Counted from the whole stretch's first letter, positions 1 through 7,776 are shown. The stretch: DNA of 8,700 nucleotides, filler included, from Gonapodya sp. JEL0774 (GCA_027604505.1; 8 parts of 8 records of this genome joined end to end with filler, not necessarily neighbours in it); one strand, 5' to 3'. The notes: generated by a model from the sequence alone, not told the origin. Numbers and translations: made by a program.

Positions 1-58
1 GAGATGCGTGTTGAAAAACTTGTGTAATCCATTCTGTTGTGAAGAACCAGTAGAATAC

Positions 59-1000
59 CTTGTATCACTTTGAGCATAAAGTCCACACGGATTTCAATCA
101 TCTCCACGAAAGAGTCGAACGTTGTTCCATTCTGGTGTTCCCGCAGCGACATGATGACGATTCAATCATCAGCAAGGAAGGTTTTTGAGAATCCAAGCCC
201 TCGAGGCGGACTTACGACATACTACTCACAGGACCACAGGTGTAAATCATGTTCGGGAAAGAGTTTGACCTACGGAAAGAATGTCGGGTAGCAATTTAAA
301 TCAGCAAATTGCGAACTATTAGCACCAATACTTTGTTTACTCACATTGCTCCTAAGCTATTCACATGCACAGCAACAAGTGAAAATACCAAAAATGAATC
401 ATTTGTGTTTTAAATTGCGTGCCATTGGCCAGTTGAGCAAATGATGACTCACTACGCGCTGGGGTTCCCGACCTTGCGCCAATAATCCCACAATTCTTGG
501 CCTCCCAATCCGTATACTGGAAATGCTCGGCCAAATGCAAACGAACCCCAACCTGAATCACAAGGAGACCCGATCATGATTGTCAAACTTGCTCCCACCG
601 GGAAGTTTCAACTTTGTACTCACCAGTCGCCCAAATAATAATGTCGTACTGTCGTTCCTTTTCCTCCCCTGTCGACTTCGACTTCGCAATGATTCCATTT
701 TCAGTGACTCGATCGATTGGGTCAACGATAAGATCGCAGTTGTCCTTGTTGAGTGCATCGATGTAGTTGCAGTCGATGAGGAAACGTTTGCATCCCACCG
801 GGAACTAGAGATAACGAATGTCAAAGAAAGTTACGTTCGAGCGTCTACTTTATGTTTACACTCACGTTTGGCACCAACTTCTCGTAGAGGCCGGGTTTTG
901 TAGCATTCGCTGCCAAGTCTGCAGGTCCAAAGGGAATTGTTGATCGAACCGACATACACGACTTTTAATATTTCAGCAACTCACATGTGAGAAGTGTTTG
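59..1000 (-). CDS. Flavin-containing monooxygenase, Baeyer-Villiger/FMO-like family (internal fragment, spliced, partial at both ends)
   Basis: Minus-strand exons 1000-985, 918-866, 804-624, 552-453, 356-345, 269-230 and 131-59 are joined by GTGAGT...AG introns with consistent phases. Translation: QTLLTYLAANATKPGLYEKLVPNFPVGCKRFLIDCNYIDALNKDNCDLIVDPIDRVTENGIIAKSKSTGEEKERQYDIIIWATGWGSFAFGRAFPVYGLGGQELWDYWRKVGNPSAYLGAMSNSFPNMIYTCGPNGTTFDSFVEMIEIRVDFMLKVIQ. It contains the LxPx(F/Y)xxGCKR, DxIIxATG, AYLG and FPNxxxxxGPN motifs typical of BVMO-type enzymes. The donor at 58 (GTATTC) is less certain. Confidence 0.92.
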
Positions 1001-1100
1001 NNNNNNNNNNNNNNNNNNNNNNNNNNNNNNNNNNNNNNNNNNNNTTAATTAATTAANNNNNNNNNNNNNNNNNNNNNNNNNNNNNNNNNNNNNNNNNNNN
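1001..1100. other. Artificial concatenation spacer
   Basis: 44 N + TTAATTAATTAA (1045-1056; stop codons in all six frames) + 44 N. Confidence 0.99.
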
Positions 1101-1103
1101 CAG

Positions 1104-1999
1104 GGTCTGGGAACCGCACCAGACGTGACTACGGGTATCATCAAGCTTGTGAAAGCTACACTGGGTGATGTGCGTGTACGAGCAATCTCTTTGCCTCGTT
1201 TTGCTCGTCTGATACTAACTACAACCGTCCCTCCAACGTTAATCATCTTCCCAGGGTCCTTGGACTCTCGAACAACTCGCCGACCGCAAGTTCGTGGAGC
1301 ACGATACTAGTTTGAGTCGCGAGGATGTCATCACCGGTGCGAACCAGAACAAGCCTGACCCAAAAGTTGTTGAGCAGCTCCTTGCACTCTCAAAGGAAGG
1401 TGTGATCAGCGTGGATGAAGTCGCGCAGTTTCGCAAGTTGAGAATGGACAAGACTGTCGAAAACTACAAGTTGGCGGGGAAGGAACTTTCGTTTTCTTCT
1501 CAGGATTTCGGTGCCAGCTAGTGAGCGAAATGTCAATGATCACTGCTCAATCATGCCTTTGCACTGACAACGTTCTGTCTTTCACGCGAATTCGATCCAG
1601 TGGTGAGGCGGGATTCCTTCTCAAAATATTCGGAAACGATGGTGAGATTTGGGCACTTAAACTCGCACCTCTTGCTCATCTAAAACTCACCCTGCGCTTC
1701 GTCAAACCCCACAGGCAAGATTTCTGCAACACACGCAAAGTCTTTTCTCCTTGACGAGCGCATCCCTGATGACTTTTCGCCGCATCTCCCGTGAGTCTCT
1801 GGGCGGCGAAGTTCTTGATTCTCCAATGTTTCAACATATGAACGCTTTTCTTGCTAGAATTGCCATCAACCAGAGCGCTCTGGACCCATTAGTCGCAAAG
1901 ATTCGCGCCGCCACAGAATCGATAGATCCTCGTGCGGTGACGTATGCAGATGAAGCCACGAAACGTGAAGCCTCAGCGAAGACAGCGGTCGCGGTGTAA
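1104..1999 (+). CDS. Heme-thiolate peroxidase / short unspecific peroxygenase (chloroperoxidase family), 5'-partial, spliced
   Basis: Exons 1104-1169, 1255-1520, 1601-1641, 1715-1790 and 1858-1999 (ending TAA). Intron 1170-1254 has a perfect TACTAAC branch point at 1213-1219. Translation includes WTLEQLADRKFVEHDTSLSRED (EHDxSLSRxD motif), ASYGEAGFLLKIFG (candidate catalytic Glu, with the Tyr codon split by an intron) and SFLLDERIPDDF. The proximal PCP motif is not in the fragment and presumably lies upstream. Confidence 0.9.
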
Positions 2000-2100
2000 C
2001 TTATCACAGGCGCCCATAGAGGTATCTCCACTGAAAACCATTGCGCCTCAAGAGTAGAAATTTGTGATTGCGTTGTTTTTTGTTAAAAGTGTGTAATTTG

Positions 2101-2200
2101 NNNNNNNNNNNNNNNNNNNNNNNNNNNNNNNNNNNNNNNNNNNNTTAATTAATTAANNNNNNNNNNNNNNNNNNNNNNNNNNNNNNNNNNNNNNNNNNNN
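2101..2200. other. Artificial concatenation spacer
   Basis: Same N44-TTAATTAATTAA-N44 linker. Confidence 0.99.
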
Positions 2201-3200
2201 AAACGTGACTCTCGGTGTCAATGTCTGGCCGTGGAAGAGGACAACACTGATTTGCTCACAGAACTACTATCAGCATTGAAATTGAAATTGCCTTCATACC
2301 AATCCTACGGTGAAAGAAATAGGCAACGTTGAGCACCATGTACCAAGTTGCAAATGGAATGTTGACGAAACCTCAGCCAGTGAACTTACCAGTTCACATC
2401 AGGTCCATTCCGTTCTAATATACCGTTTCCATTCTATGTTTGGTGGTTTCAGATCAGAAGTGAAGTTTTTGAGGGAAAGGCAGAGGCAAAGTCGTTTGGT
2501 GTATATACGACACCAGCACTCACGAAGGCGTGTTCTAACTTGAAGTCACTTCCAGTGGGGAGACGGGAGTTGAAGTTTGCCTGCCATGTGGCGATTCCCT
2601 GCATGTCTTGAACCGAAACTCGATAGTTGTAGGAAGCCGTCCTGCGAAAATTCCATAGAATGGTCATCAGACCGCGCTCGTGAGGAAATCGATGATTGGG
2701 AAACCAAACCACTTACGTTGCAGTCGGTGTGGTCTCCGTTGTCACTACCAATTACATAAAGAGTTTCTTCAGCTCTTTCTTGTCAACTGTGTCGTCGACC
2801 GTACTACATGCATGGAACTCACGAAACAAGTCATCAACCTGTGCCAAAAAGAGAGTTCGTCTCCAGCCAGAGATAACGCCGCGGGTACCCCAAGCAAGCC
2901 AAAGATGATCCAAAAGGAGCGAACACGGTCTTTTCGAGAAATATGGTGGGATTACGGGACTTCGCTGTAGTGAGGCTTGAACGTCTAGGATACTCACGAC
3001 CAGAATCCGAAGCTGGTATAGAATCGCATAACCTCGCGACCATTTGTGTACGTCACGTGAACCGCCGCAAGGGTCTGTGAAGGATAATCGGAACCGCTGG
3101 GAGCGAAGTACGCAACCGGGACAACACTCTGGATGTTTGCCGGAAGAGGGGAGTAGACAGCCCCAGGATAGTGATATAGCCCAGGGTTCGAGATAGATGC
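2201..3200 (-). CDS. Agd3-like polysaccharide deacetylase (CE18-type), internal fragment, spliced
   Basis: Minus-strand exons 3200-2998, 2929-2823, 2744-2717, 2641-2524, 2433-2390, 2304-2300 and 2224-2201. Translation: ASISNPGLYHYPGAVYSPLPANIQSVVPVAYFAPSGSDYPSQTLAAVHVTYTNGREVMRFYTSFGFWSPCSLLLDHLWLAWGTRGVISGWRRTLFLAQVDDLFLTTETTPTATTASYNYRVSVQDMQGIATWQANFNSRLPTGSDFKLEHAFNGNGILERNGPDVNWIDIDTESHV. The ordered motifs GLYHYP, GRE, HxWxxWxTRG, GxRR, QVDDxFL, NSRLPxGS and NGNG match my recollection of the Aspergillus Agd3 family. Confidence 0.85.
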
Positions 3201-3300
3201 NNNNNNNNNNNNNNNNNNNNNNNNNNNNNNNNNNNNNNNNNNNNTTAATTAATTAANNNNNNNNNNNNNNNNNNNNNNNNNNNNNNNNNNNNNNNNNNNN
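3201..3300. other. Artificial concatenation spacer
   Basis: Same N44-TTAATTAATTAA-N44 linker. Confidence 0.99.
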
Positions 3301-3495
3301 TCTACCATTTAATTCGCTTGATGAACATGCAACATTTGCGACATCATATTCAGCATGCCTCAGACCAAATAAATATAGCGGGCTCGTATTATAGTACAAA
3401 CGATAATTTCATTTAGATGTGATGTAACGCGTGATAAATAATCGCAAGCAAAACTGGTGCAACAGAATGCAGCTTTCTCAACATCATACCACTGT

Positions 3496-4263
3496 TCAAA
3501 TCAATGCCAACGCCACAGAGACTCCATTCTGATTATACGTTATGTCAGCAGCGTAGTCCCCAATCTTTGCACTGAGACGGGTTGCCTTGATATCTGCTTG
3601 TAGTGTGTTGCCGAGTGCTTGGAAGATCGCTTGAATCGCCGCAAGATTAATTTGGCTGGATAGGAGCGCATCAAACATTCAGTGCGATCTACAGATTTTA
3701 TGGTTAATGAAAGTACTCTCTCACATTTTGAGGTTCAACGTCGGTGAAGTGATCGTTCCTTTAGCGGGGATGACGATATTGGTGTCTTGATCCTGAACCA
3801 TCAAACGCGAGGTTGTGAGATGACAGAGTTTGCATGGAAGAAAGGCAACAAACCCATACCATAGTACCAAGTTGATTGCCACCAGACACAAGAGTTGCTG
3901 TCAAGTGCGTGATAGTTAAGGGTACATCAATAGGATTGATTGCGTCAAAATCTGATTATTTTACCAACGAAACAACCATTATCAGAAGTTGACGACTTTG
4001 ACCTGGACTTTGAAAGCAGACAATAACTCACTTGCATGCGCAATGTTGTCGAACAATGTCGTCAGCGTAATTCCAAATCGCGCTCTTTGAATAAGCGGGG
4101 TCTTGATCGAAGGGAAAGTGGTTGAGAGTGATGTGGCTGACAGAGCCGGTACCAAGGCTGGGATCGGAGTGGATCCGGAAAAACCTTGAATCTGTACAAC
4201 AGTATCGGTTCCGCCAACAAATTGGCTGAGTAGTTGATTCCCAACAGCGACTGCCGCAGAAGT
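3496..4263 (-). CDS. C-terminal part of a DUF3712-like (LEA_2-type beta-repeat) fungal protein, spliced, 5'-partial
   Basis: Minus-strand exons 4263-4032, 3951-3860, 3792-3725 and 3655-3496 (ending TGA), with consistent phases. Translation: TSAAVAVGNQLLSQFVGGTDTVVQIQGFSGSTPIPALVPALSATSLSTTFPSIKTPLIQRARFGITLTTLFDNIAHANFDAINPIDVPLTITHLTATLVSGGNQLGTMDQDTNIVIPAKGTITSPTLNLKIQINLAAIQAIFQALGNTLQADIKATRLSAKIGDYAADITYNQNGVSVALALI*. The GxxLLSxFVxG...IxGxxxSTxIPxLxxAL, NPxxxxLxI and IGxY...YxQxxV patterns resemble DUF3712-containing proteins. The gene structure is more certain than the family call. Confidence 0.72.
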
Positions 4264-4300
4264 CTGAGGTGAGTAACGCCTTTTGTTTTCAAGAGCAAAA

Positions 4301-4400
4301 NNNNNNNNNNNNNNNNNNNNNNNNNNNNNNNNNNNNNNNNNNNNTTAATTAATTAANNNNNNNNNNNNNNNNNNNNNNNNNNNNNNNNNNNNNNNNNNNN
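4301..4400. other. Artificial concatenation spacer
   Basis: Same N44-TTAATTAATTAA-N44 linker. Confidence 0.99.
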
Positions 4401-5391
4401 GGGTTTCAGCAACCGGAAGATTCCCAGAGAGGGAGGCTGCGTTTAAGGACATTATGAGGGTTTCTCGGTTCTCGTAAAGCACCGAGTATGCCTGAAGTAC
4501 TGTGTTTAAGGTAATCCGTCCAGTCACCTTTTTGACGGGCCCGGTGGCGGACAGGTGCGGTCGGGCGAAGTATGGTCGCGTCAATTGTTAAGAAACGCGA
4601 TACAGCAGTGGTATTCTGCGCAAATCGTAAATTCCATACTCACCAAAGCGATTCGTTCCGCGAGACGGTTAAAAGAAGAATTGGGCTCTTCTAAGTCCCA
4701 CAACGCAGCAAGGACGCAGGCGCAGACTGTACCACGGGCTTTCCGACCCTCCCGCAAACCCAAGAGTCTTACTCGATCCAAGAGCACCATGGCCCTGGAT
4801 GAAGTTTTGGCGAGTGTGTCTGGGTCGAAGCCATCTAATCTCTGCACAACATCTTTCAAGATTGACGACGGGTCTCGCTGGAGGGCTGGGCGGAGGGTTG
4901 GAGATGAGAGGAGCTGGCGCAGCGTCTTGAAAGAATTTTTGAGAAGCACAGTTAGGCGTACTGTTGTTGTAGGTCGGAGCGTTGGAATTGTCGCCCATCA
5001 CGTACGTGCTCACCTTGGAAAGCTCTCTCTTCCCTATTCGACTCGCTGCAGCTAAGTCATCCTTGCTGACGTTGAGCTCTGAAGCCTCGGCTACACCCCA
5101 GATAGCGCAAGCGAATAGAGCTTTTTTGTGGTTCGCGCGAATCGCCGATCCTGATTCATCGTTCTTTATGCTCACATAGAGATTTTGGGCGGCTCGACAC
5201 TCGTCACTTGGTATTCCCAGTTTTCCGCAGATAATTTCTATCTCCTTGAAAGCGGATTCATCGTCGCTCAGATTGGGCGGACGTGATCCGGAAGATTGCC
5301 GGGAAATGACGGAAGGAATTTCCATTTCAGAGTCCGTTGCCAACTCATCGACAAGTTCCGTGTAATCCTCGTCGCTGGGATTTACGTCCAT
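4401..5391 (-). CDS. Divergent transcription factor IIB (TFIIB)-like protein with two cyclin-fold repeats, spliced, partial
   Basis: Minus-strand exons 5391-5014, 4925-4644 and 4527-4401; introns 5013-4926 (GTGAGC, CCTAAC branch, AAG acceptor) and 4643-4528 (GTGAGT...AAG). Motifs AFKEIEIICGKLGIP, DDLAAASRIGKRELSK, LREGRKARGTVCACV and IALVTGRITLNTVLQAYSVLYENRETLI align in order with the TFIIB core, compared from memory with human AFKEITTMADRINLP and SRISKKEIGR and yeast YKILYEHRDKLV. The ATG at 5391 follows CAG, so it may be an internal exon start. Confidence 0.75.
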
Positions 5392-5400
5392 CTGGGCCCT

Positions 5401-5500
5401 NNNNNNNNNNNNNNNNNNNNNNNNNNNNNNNNNNNNNNNNNNNNTTAATTAATTAANNNNNNNNNNNNNNNNNNNNNNNNNNNNNNNNNNNNNNNNNNNN
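5401..5500. other. Artificial concatenation spacer
   Basis: Same N44-TTAATTAATTAA-N44 linker. Confidence 0.99.
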
Positions 5501-6500
5501 CCACGGGGGCGTGGGAGTTGGTCGAGTGGAGGGTGGGCAAGGGGGAAAGTTGGAAGGGGTTCGTGTGATTGGTGGAGTGGTGAGGCGTGGCGTGGAGTAC
5601 GTGTGGGATTCAGATTTGGGACTATGGACTCTGGACTATGGACTTGGCGATGGTATCAGGGGGGACTCATCGGGTCGAGATGGATCGAAGGACGGACATA
5701 GAGGGTGGGGGGATGGAAACGGGGAACGGGTATGGCAAGGGTTTAGACGAGCGATGTGAGATTGTTCGGGGAATCGGGTTGGAAGCTCAGGTGGCCGTGG
5801 CGCGGCAGCGAGGGGTGTGTGCACAAGACACTTGGACACCCCGACGCTAGGGAGGCGGGGTGGAGTGCAGGGCAAGGAGAGTTCGGAACGGGGTTGTGGT
5901 GGTGGTCGGTGGTCGGTGGATGGGATTCATGTATTCGTTTGGTTTCGTGTCTCCTGATGGTGGGCATTTGAATGACCCATGTAACTAAGACGTGTGGCTA
6001 TATTCAACCGCGGGTCACCGCGATGATATTGTAAATATGAACATTGCAAACTTGAATGTACATGCAACATTCGTTGGTTACTGTAATTAGAGTATTGAAC
6101 TATATTGGGTGGACTTTTTGATCGATTACGCCTACGAAACTATATATATTGTGTGTCACGTAATGTTTCAGGAATTTGACCGGCCTCCACAACGAAACAA
6201 CATCCACTAGAACGTAGGTAACCAGCAAAATACATGCGCAATCGAAATGAGAAACGTACGGCGGTGGGCACAATACGTGGTCAACGTGGTCATCTCCGCT
6301 ACCGCTCCCGTTTAGGCGTTCACGGTCGCGAGGAAGTCGAACAGGTCGCGTGACCAGGTGTCGCATGGGATACTCGCTCTGACCATTGGAGGAGTAGATG
6401 GCACCCCGTAGGAGCAACACCCGGCACCGGCTGATTAGTATAAAACATACAACGGTGTGGGATTCAGGAACGTGAAAGGCAACACATGGTACAGGGCATG
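5501..6500 (-). promoter_or_regulatory. Probable non-coding intergenic region: promoter followed by a C-rich 5'UTR-like tract of a leftward gene
   Basis: No convincing spliced coding frame. 5501-5930 is strongly G-skewed on the plus strand (34 of the first 60 bases are G), i.e. C-rich on the minus strand. An AT-richer zone follows, with a TATATATAT run at 6141-6149. The orientation is inferred from the skew only. Confidence 0.35.
5619..5645 (+). repeat. Short tandem 7-mer repeat (GGACTMT) x ~4
   Basis: GGACTAT GGACTCT GGACTAT GGACTT read directly from the sequence. Confidence 0.7.
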
Positions 6501-6600
6501 NNNNNNNNNNNNNNNNNNNNNNNNNNNNNNNNNNNNNNNNNNNNTTAATTAATTAANNNNNNNNNNNNNNNNNNNNNNNNNNNNNNNNNNNNNNNNNNNN
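6501..6600. other. Artificial concatenation spacer
   Basis: Same N44-TTAATTAATTAA-N44 linker. Confidence 0.99.
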
Positions 6601-6601
6601 T

Positions 6602-7600
6602 GCCAGTTTCGTTGTCAAGACTCCAGTCCTTGTCGTTCGTATGTCGCAGCTGAACCAGAACATGCACTTTCTCGTCGGTGGCCTCCCCCTGTGGAGCGAC
6701 ATGGGAGTGGTGAGGGACTGGTTCTGAGAGCATCGCGCGTGATTTGGGCTTGACACAGTCATTCCCCTCAGAAAATGAAGCTACCACCTCCTAATCCGAG
6801 GCAACCAAGTATCGGACATGGCTCTCAGTGGTAGGAAGAGAAGGGTGATTAGTCACGGCTGATTTGCTCCCTTGTCCTCCGTCCCGATTCATACGTAGTG
6901 CGACTTTTCCCTTCCGCCCATCCCTAGTGCACGCCTCTGCCACTGGTGCTTAAAACAACGGCTGCAACAAGCAGAGTTTCTTCAATTTCCTCACGATGGT
7001 TTGTGAGGGGAACTCTACGGCGAGTGCCGGGCAGCCAAATGGGAGGCTGAGAAGCAAGAAACGGCAAAGGAGGAAGGACAGAACTCGCTTTGTACACTGA
7101 TGGACAAGACGAGCGCTAAACGGATGTTCCACTTGACGGATTCGACATTGCGACGCTGGTGAGTCTCGCAGGGACCTGCCAATTATCGGACGCTTCATTT
7201 CCCAGGGCTGTATCATATCAGAGGTACAGGCAATTTGTGAACCGTTATGGTGCCTACCGCTTCAGTCACGAGGTGCGTTGACGGTACCTGCAGCCAGCAG
7301 GAGAGTGGAGTATGTAGTATCTTACCGCACCGTGTGCGGTCTGCTTTCTCGCTTCGCAATTTATTCGTAGCGAATGTTTAAGGTTACGGATCTCCACGAA
7401 CTTGCTCGTCAGTGCTGGGGTGGTGATGATCCCCGGCCCGCTGTCTTAAGAACGACCGGGTCACGAATTTTGACAAGGAGAGTAGATGAGATGACGATTA
7501 TCGACACATTAGAGTATTCTTCAATCTTTGTACTTTTTTCTGTGCAAGGACTGCTTGCTGTTGGAACCACCGGAACTCTCTTCATACTACACTTGGACAG
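6602..7600 (+). pseudogene. F-box-like / CxxC / XPA C-terminal-like gene with an in-frame stop (probable pseudogene)
   Basis: Exons 6602-6709 (ASFVVKTPVLVVRMSQLNQNMHFLVGGLPLWSDMGV, F-box-like), 6772-6844, 6928-7158 (ARLCHWCLKQ...DGL*GELYGEC...TLMDKTSAKRMFHLTDSTLRR), 7206-7272 and 7371 onward (RMFKVTDLHELARQCWGG). LMDKTSAKRMFHLTDxxL...MFxxxD...A...WG resembles the XPA C-terminal subdomain. There is an in-frame TGA at 7004-7006 and a possible 1-nt deletion near 6799-6800. The 3' end is undetermined. Confidence 0.6.
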
Positions 7601-7700
7601 NNNNNNNNNNNNNNNNNNNNNNNNNNNNNNNNNNNNNNNNNNNNTTAATTAATTAANNNNNNNNNNNNNNNNNNNNNNNNNNNNNNNNNNNNNNNNNNNN
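7601..7700. other. Artificial concatenation spacer
   Basis: Same N44-TTAATTAATTAA-N44 linker. Confidence 0.99.
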
Positions 7701-7776
7701 GCAAAAACGCAGTTTTGTGGAGTTTTGGAGAAAACCCCTCCAAAACCTCTGGTTTTAGAGGCAGCCAAACAGGCCC
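7701..7776. mobile_element. One terminus of a PIF/Harbinger (Tourist-like) DNA transposon or MITE
   Basis: CCAAACAGGCCC at 7765-7776 (reverse complement GGGCCTGTTTGG) matches the PIF/Tourist terminal inverted repeat pattern and is followed directly by TTA (7777-7779), the typical target site. Subterminal AAAAC/GTTTT inverted motifs are present, e.g. GTTTTGGAG 7722-7730 and CTCCAAAAC 7738-7746. The other end lies outside the fragment. Confidence 0.65.

Noticed and set aside
451..454. Apparent TAG stops inside the BVMO (454-452) and UPO (1519-1521) frames as recoding or pseudogene signals
   Set aside because: In both cases the G is the first base of a GTGAG splice donor, and splicing restores Tyr codons.
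59..3200. Oxidative or secondary-metabolite gene cluster (BVMO + UPO + deacetylase)
   Set aside because: The genes are on separate fragments joined artificially, so there is no evidence of linkage.
4669..5013. C-terminal half of the 240-aa ORF (VSTYVMGD... onward)
   Set aside because: It reads through intron 5013-4926 and then continues out of frame. The TFIIB-like sequence continues in the 4581-4949 frame.
4555..5055. 166-aa plus-strand ORF and other antisense ORFs (e.g. 580-903, 2680-2970, 8178-8501)
   Set aside because: They are shadows of spliced genes on the opposite strand and have no recognisable motifs.
5651..5659. TGGTATCAG resembling a tRNA-iMet primer binding site
   Set aside because: The match is only 9 nt, it is not preceded by an LTR-terminal CA, and no gag/pol sequence follows.
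5511..5971. Overlapping Gly/Trp-rich and Pro/His-rich ORFs in fragment 6
   Set aside because: They are explained by the G/C skew and scarcity of stop codons, with no domain signal or consistent splice structure.
5965..5990. TGTAAC at 5980 as an LTR boundary (minus strand ...GTTACA followed by TGG)
   Set aside because: There is no second LTR, no recognisable primer binding site or polypurine tract, and no retroelement coding sequence in the fragment.
1045..7656. Regularly spaced TTAATTAATTAA repeats as a CRISPR-like or other biological array
   Set aside because: Each copy is embedded in fixed N padding at an exact 1100-bp period, which marks it as a six-frame stop linker.
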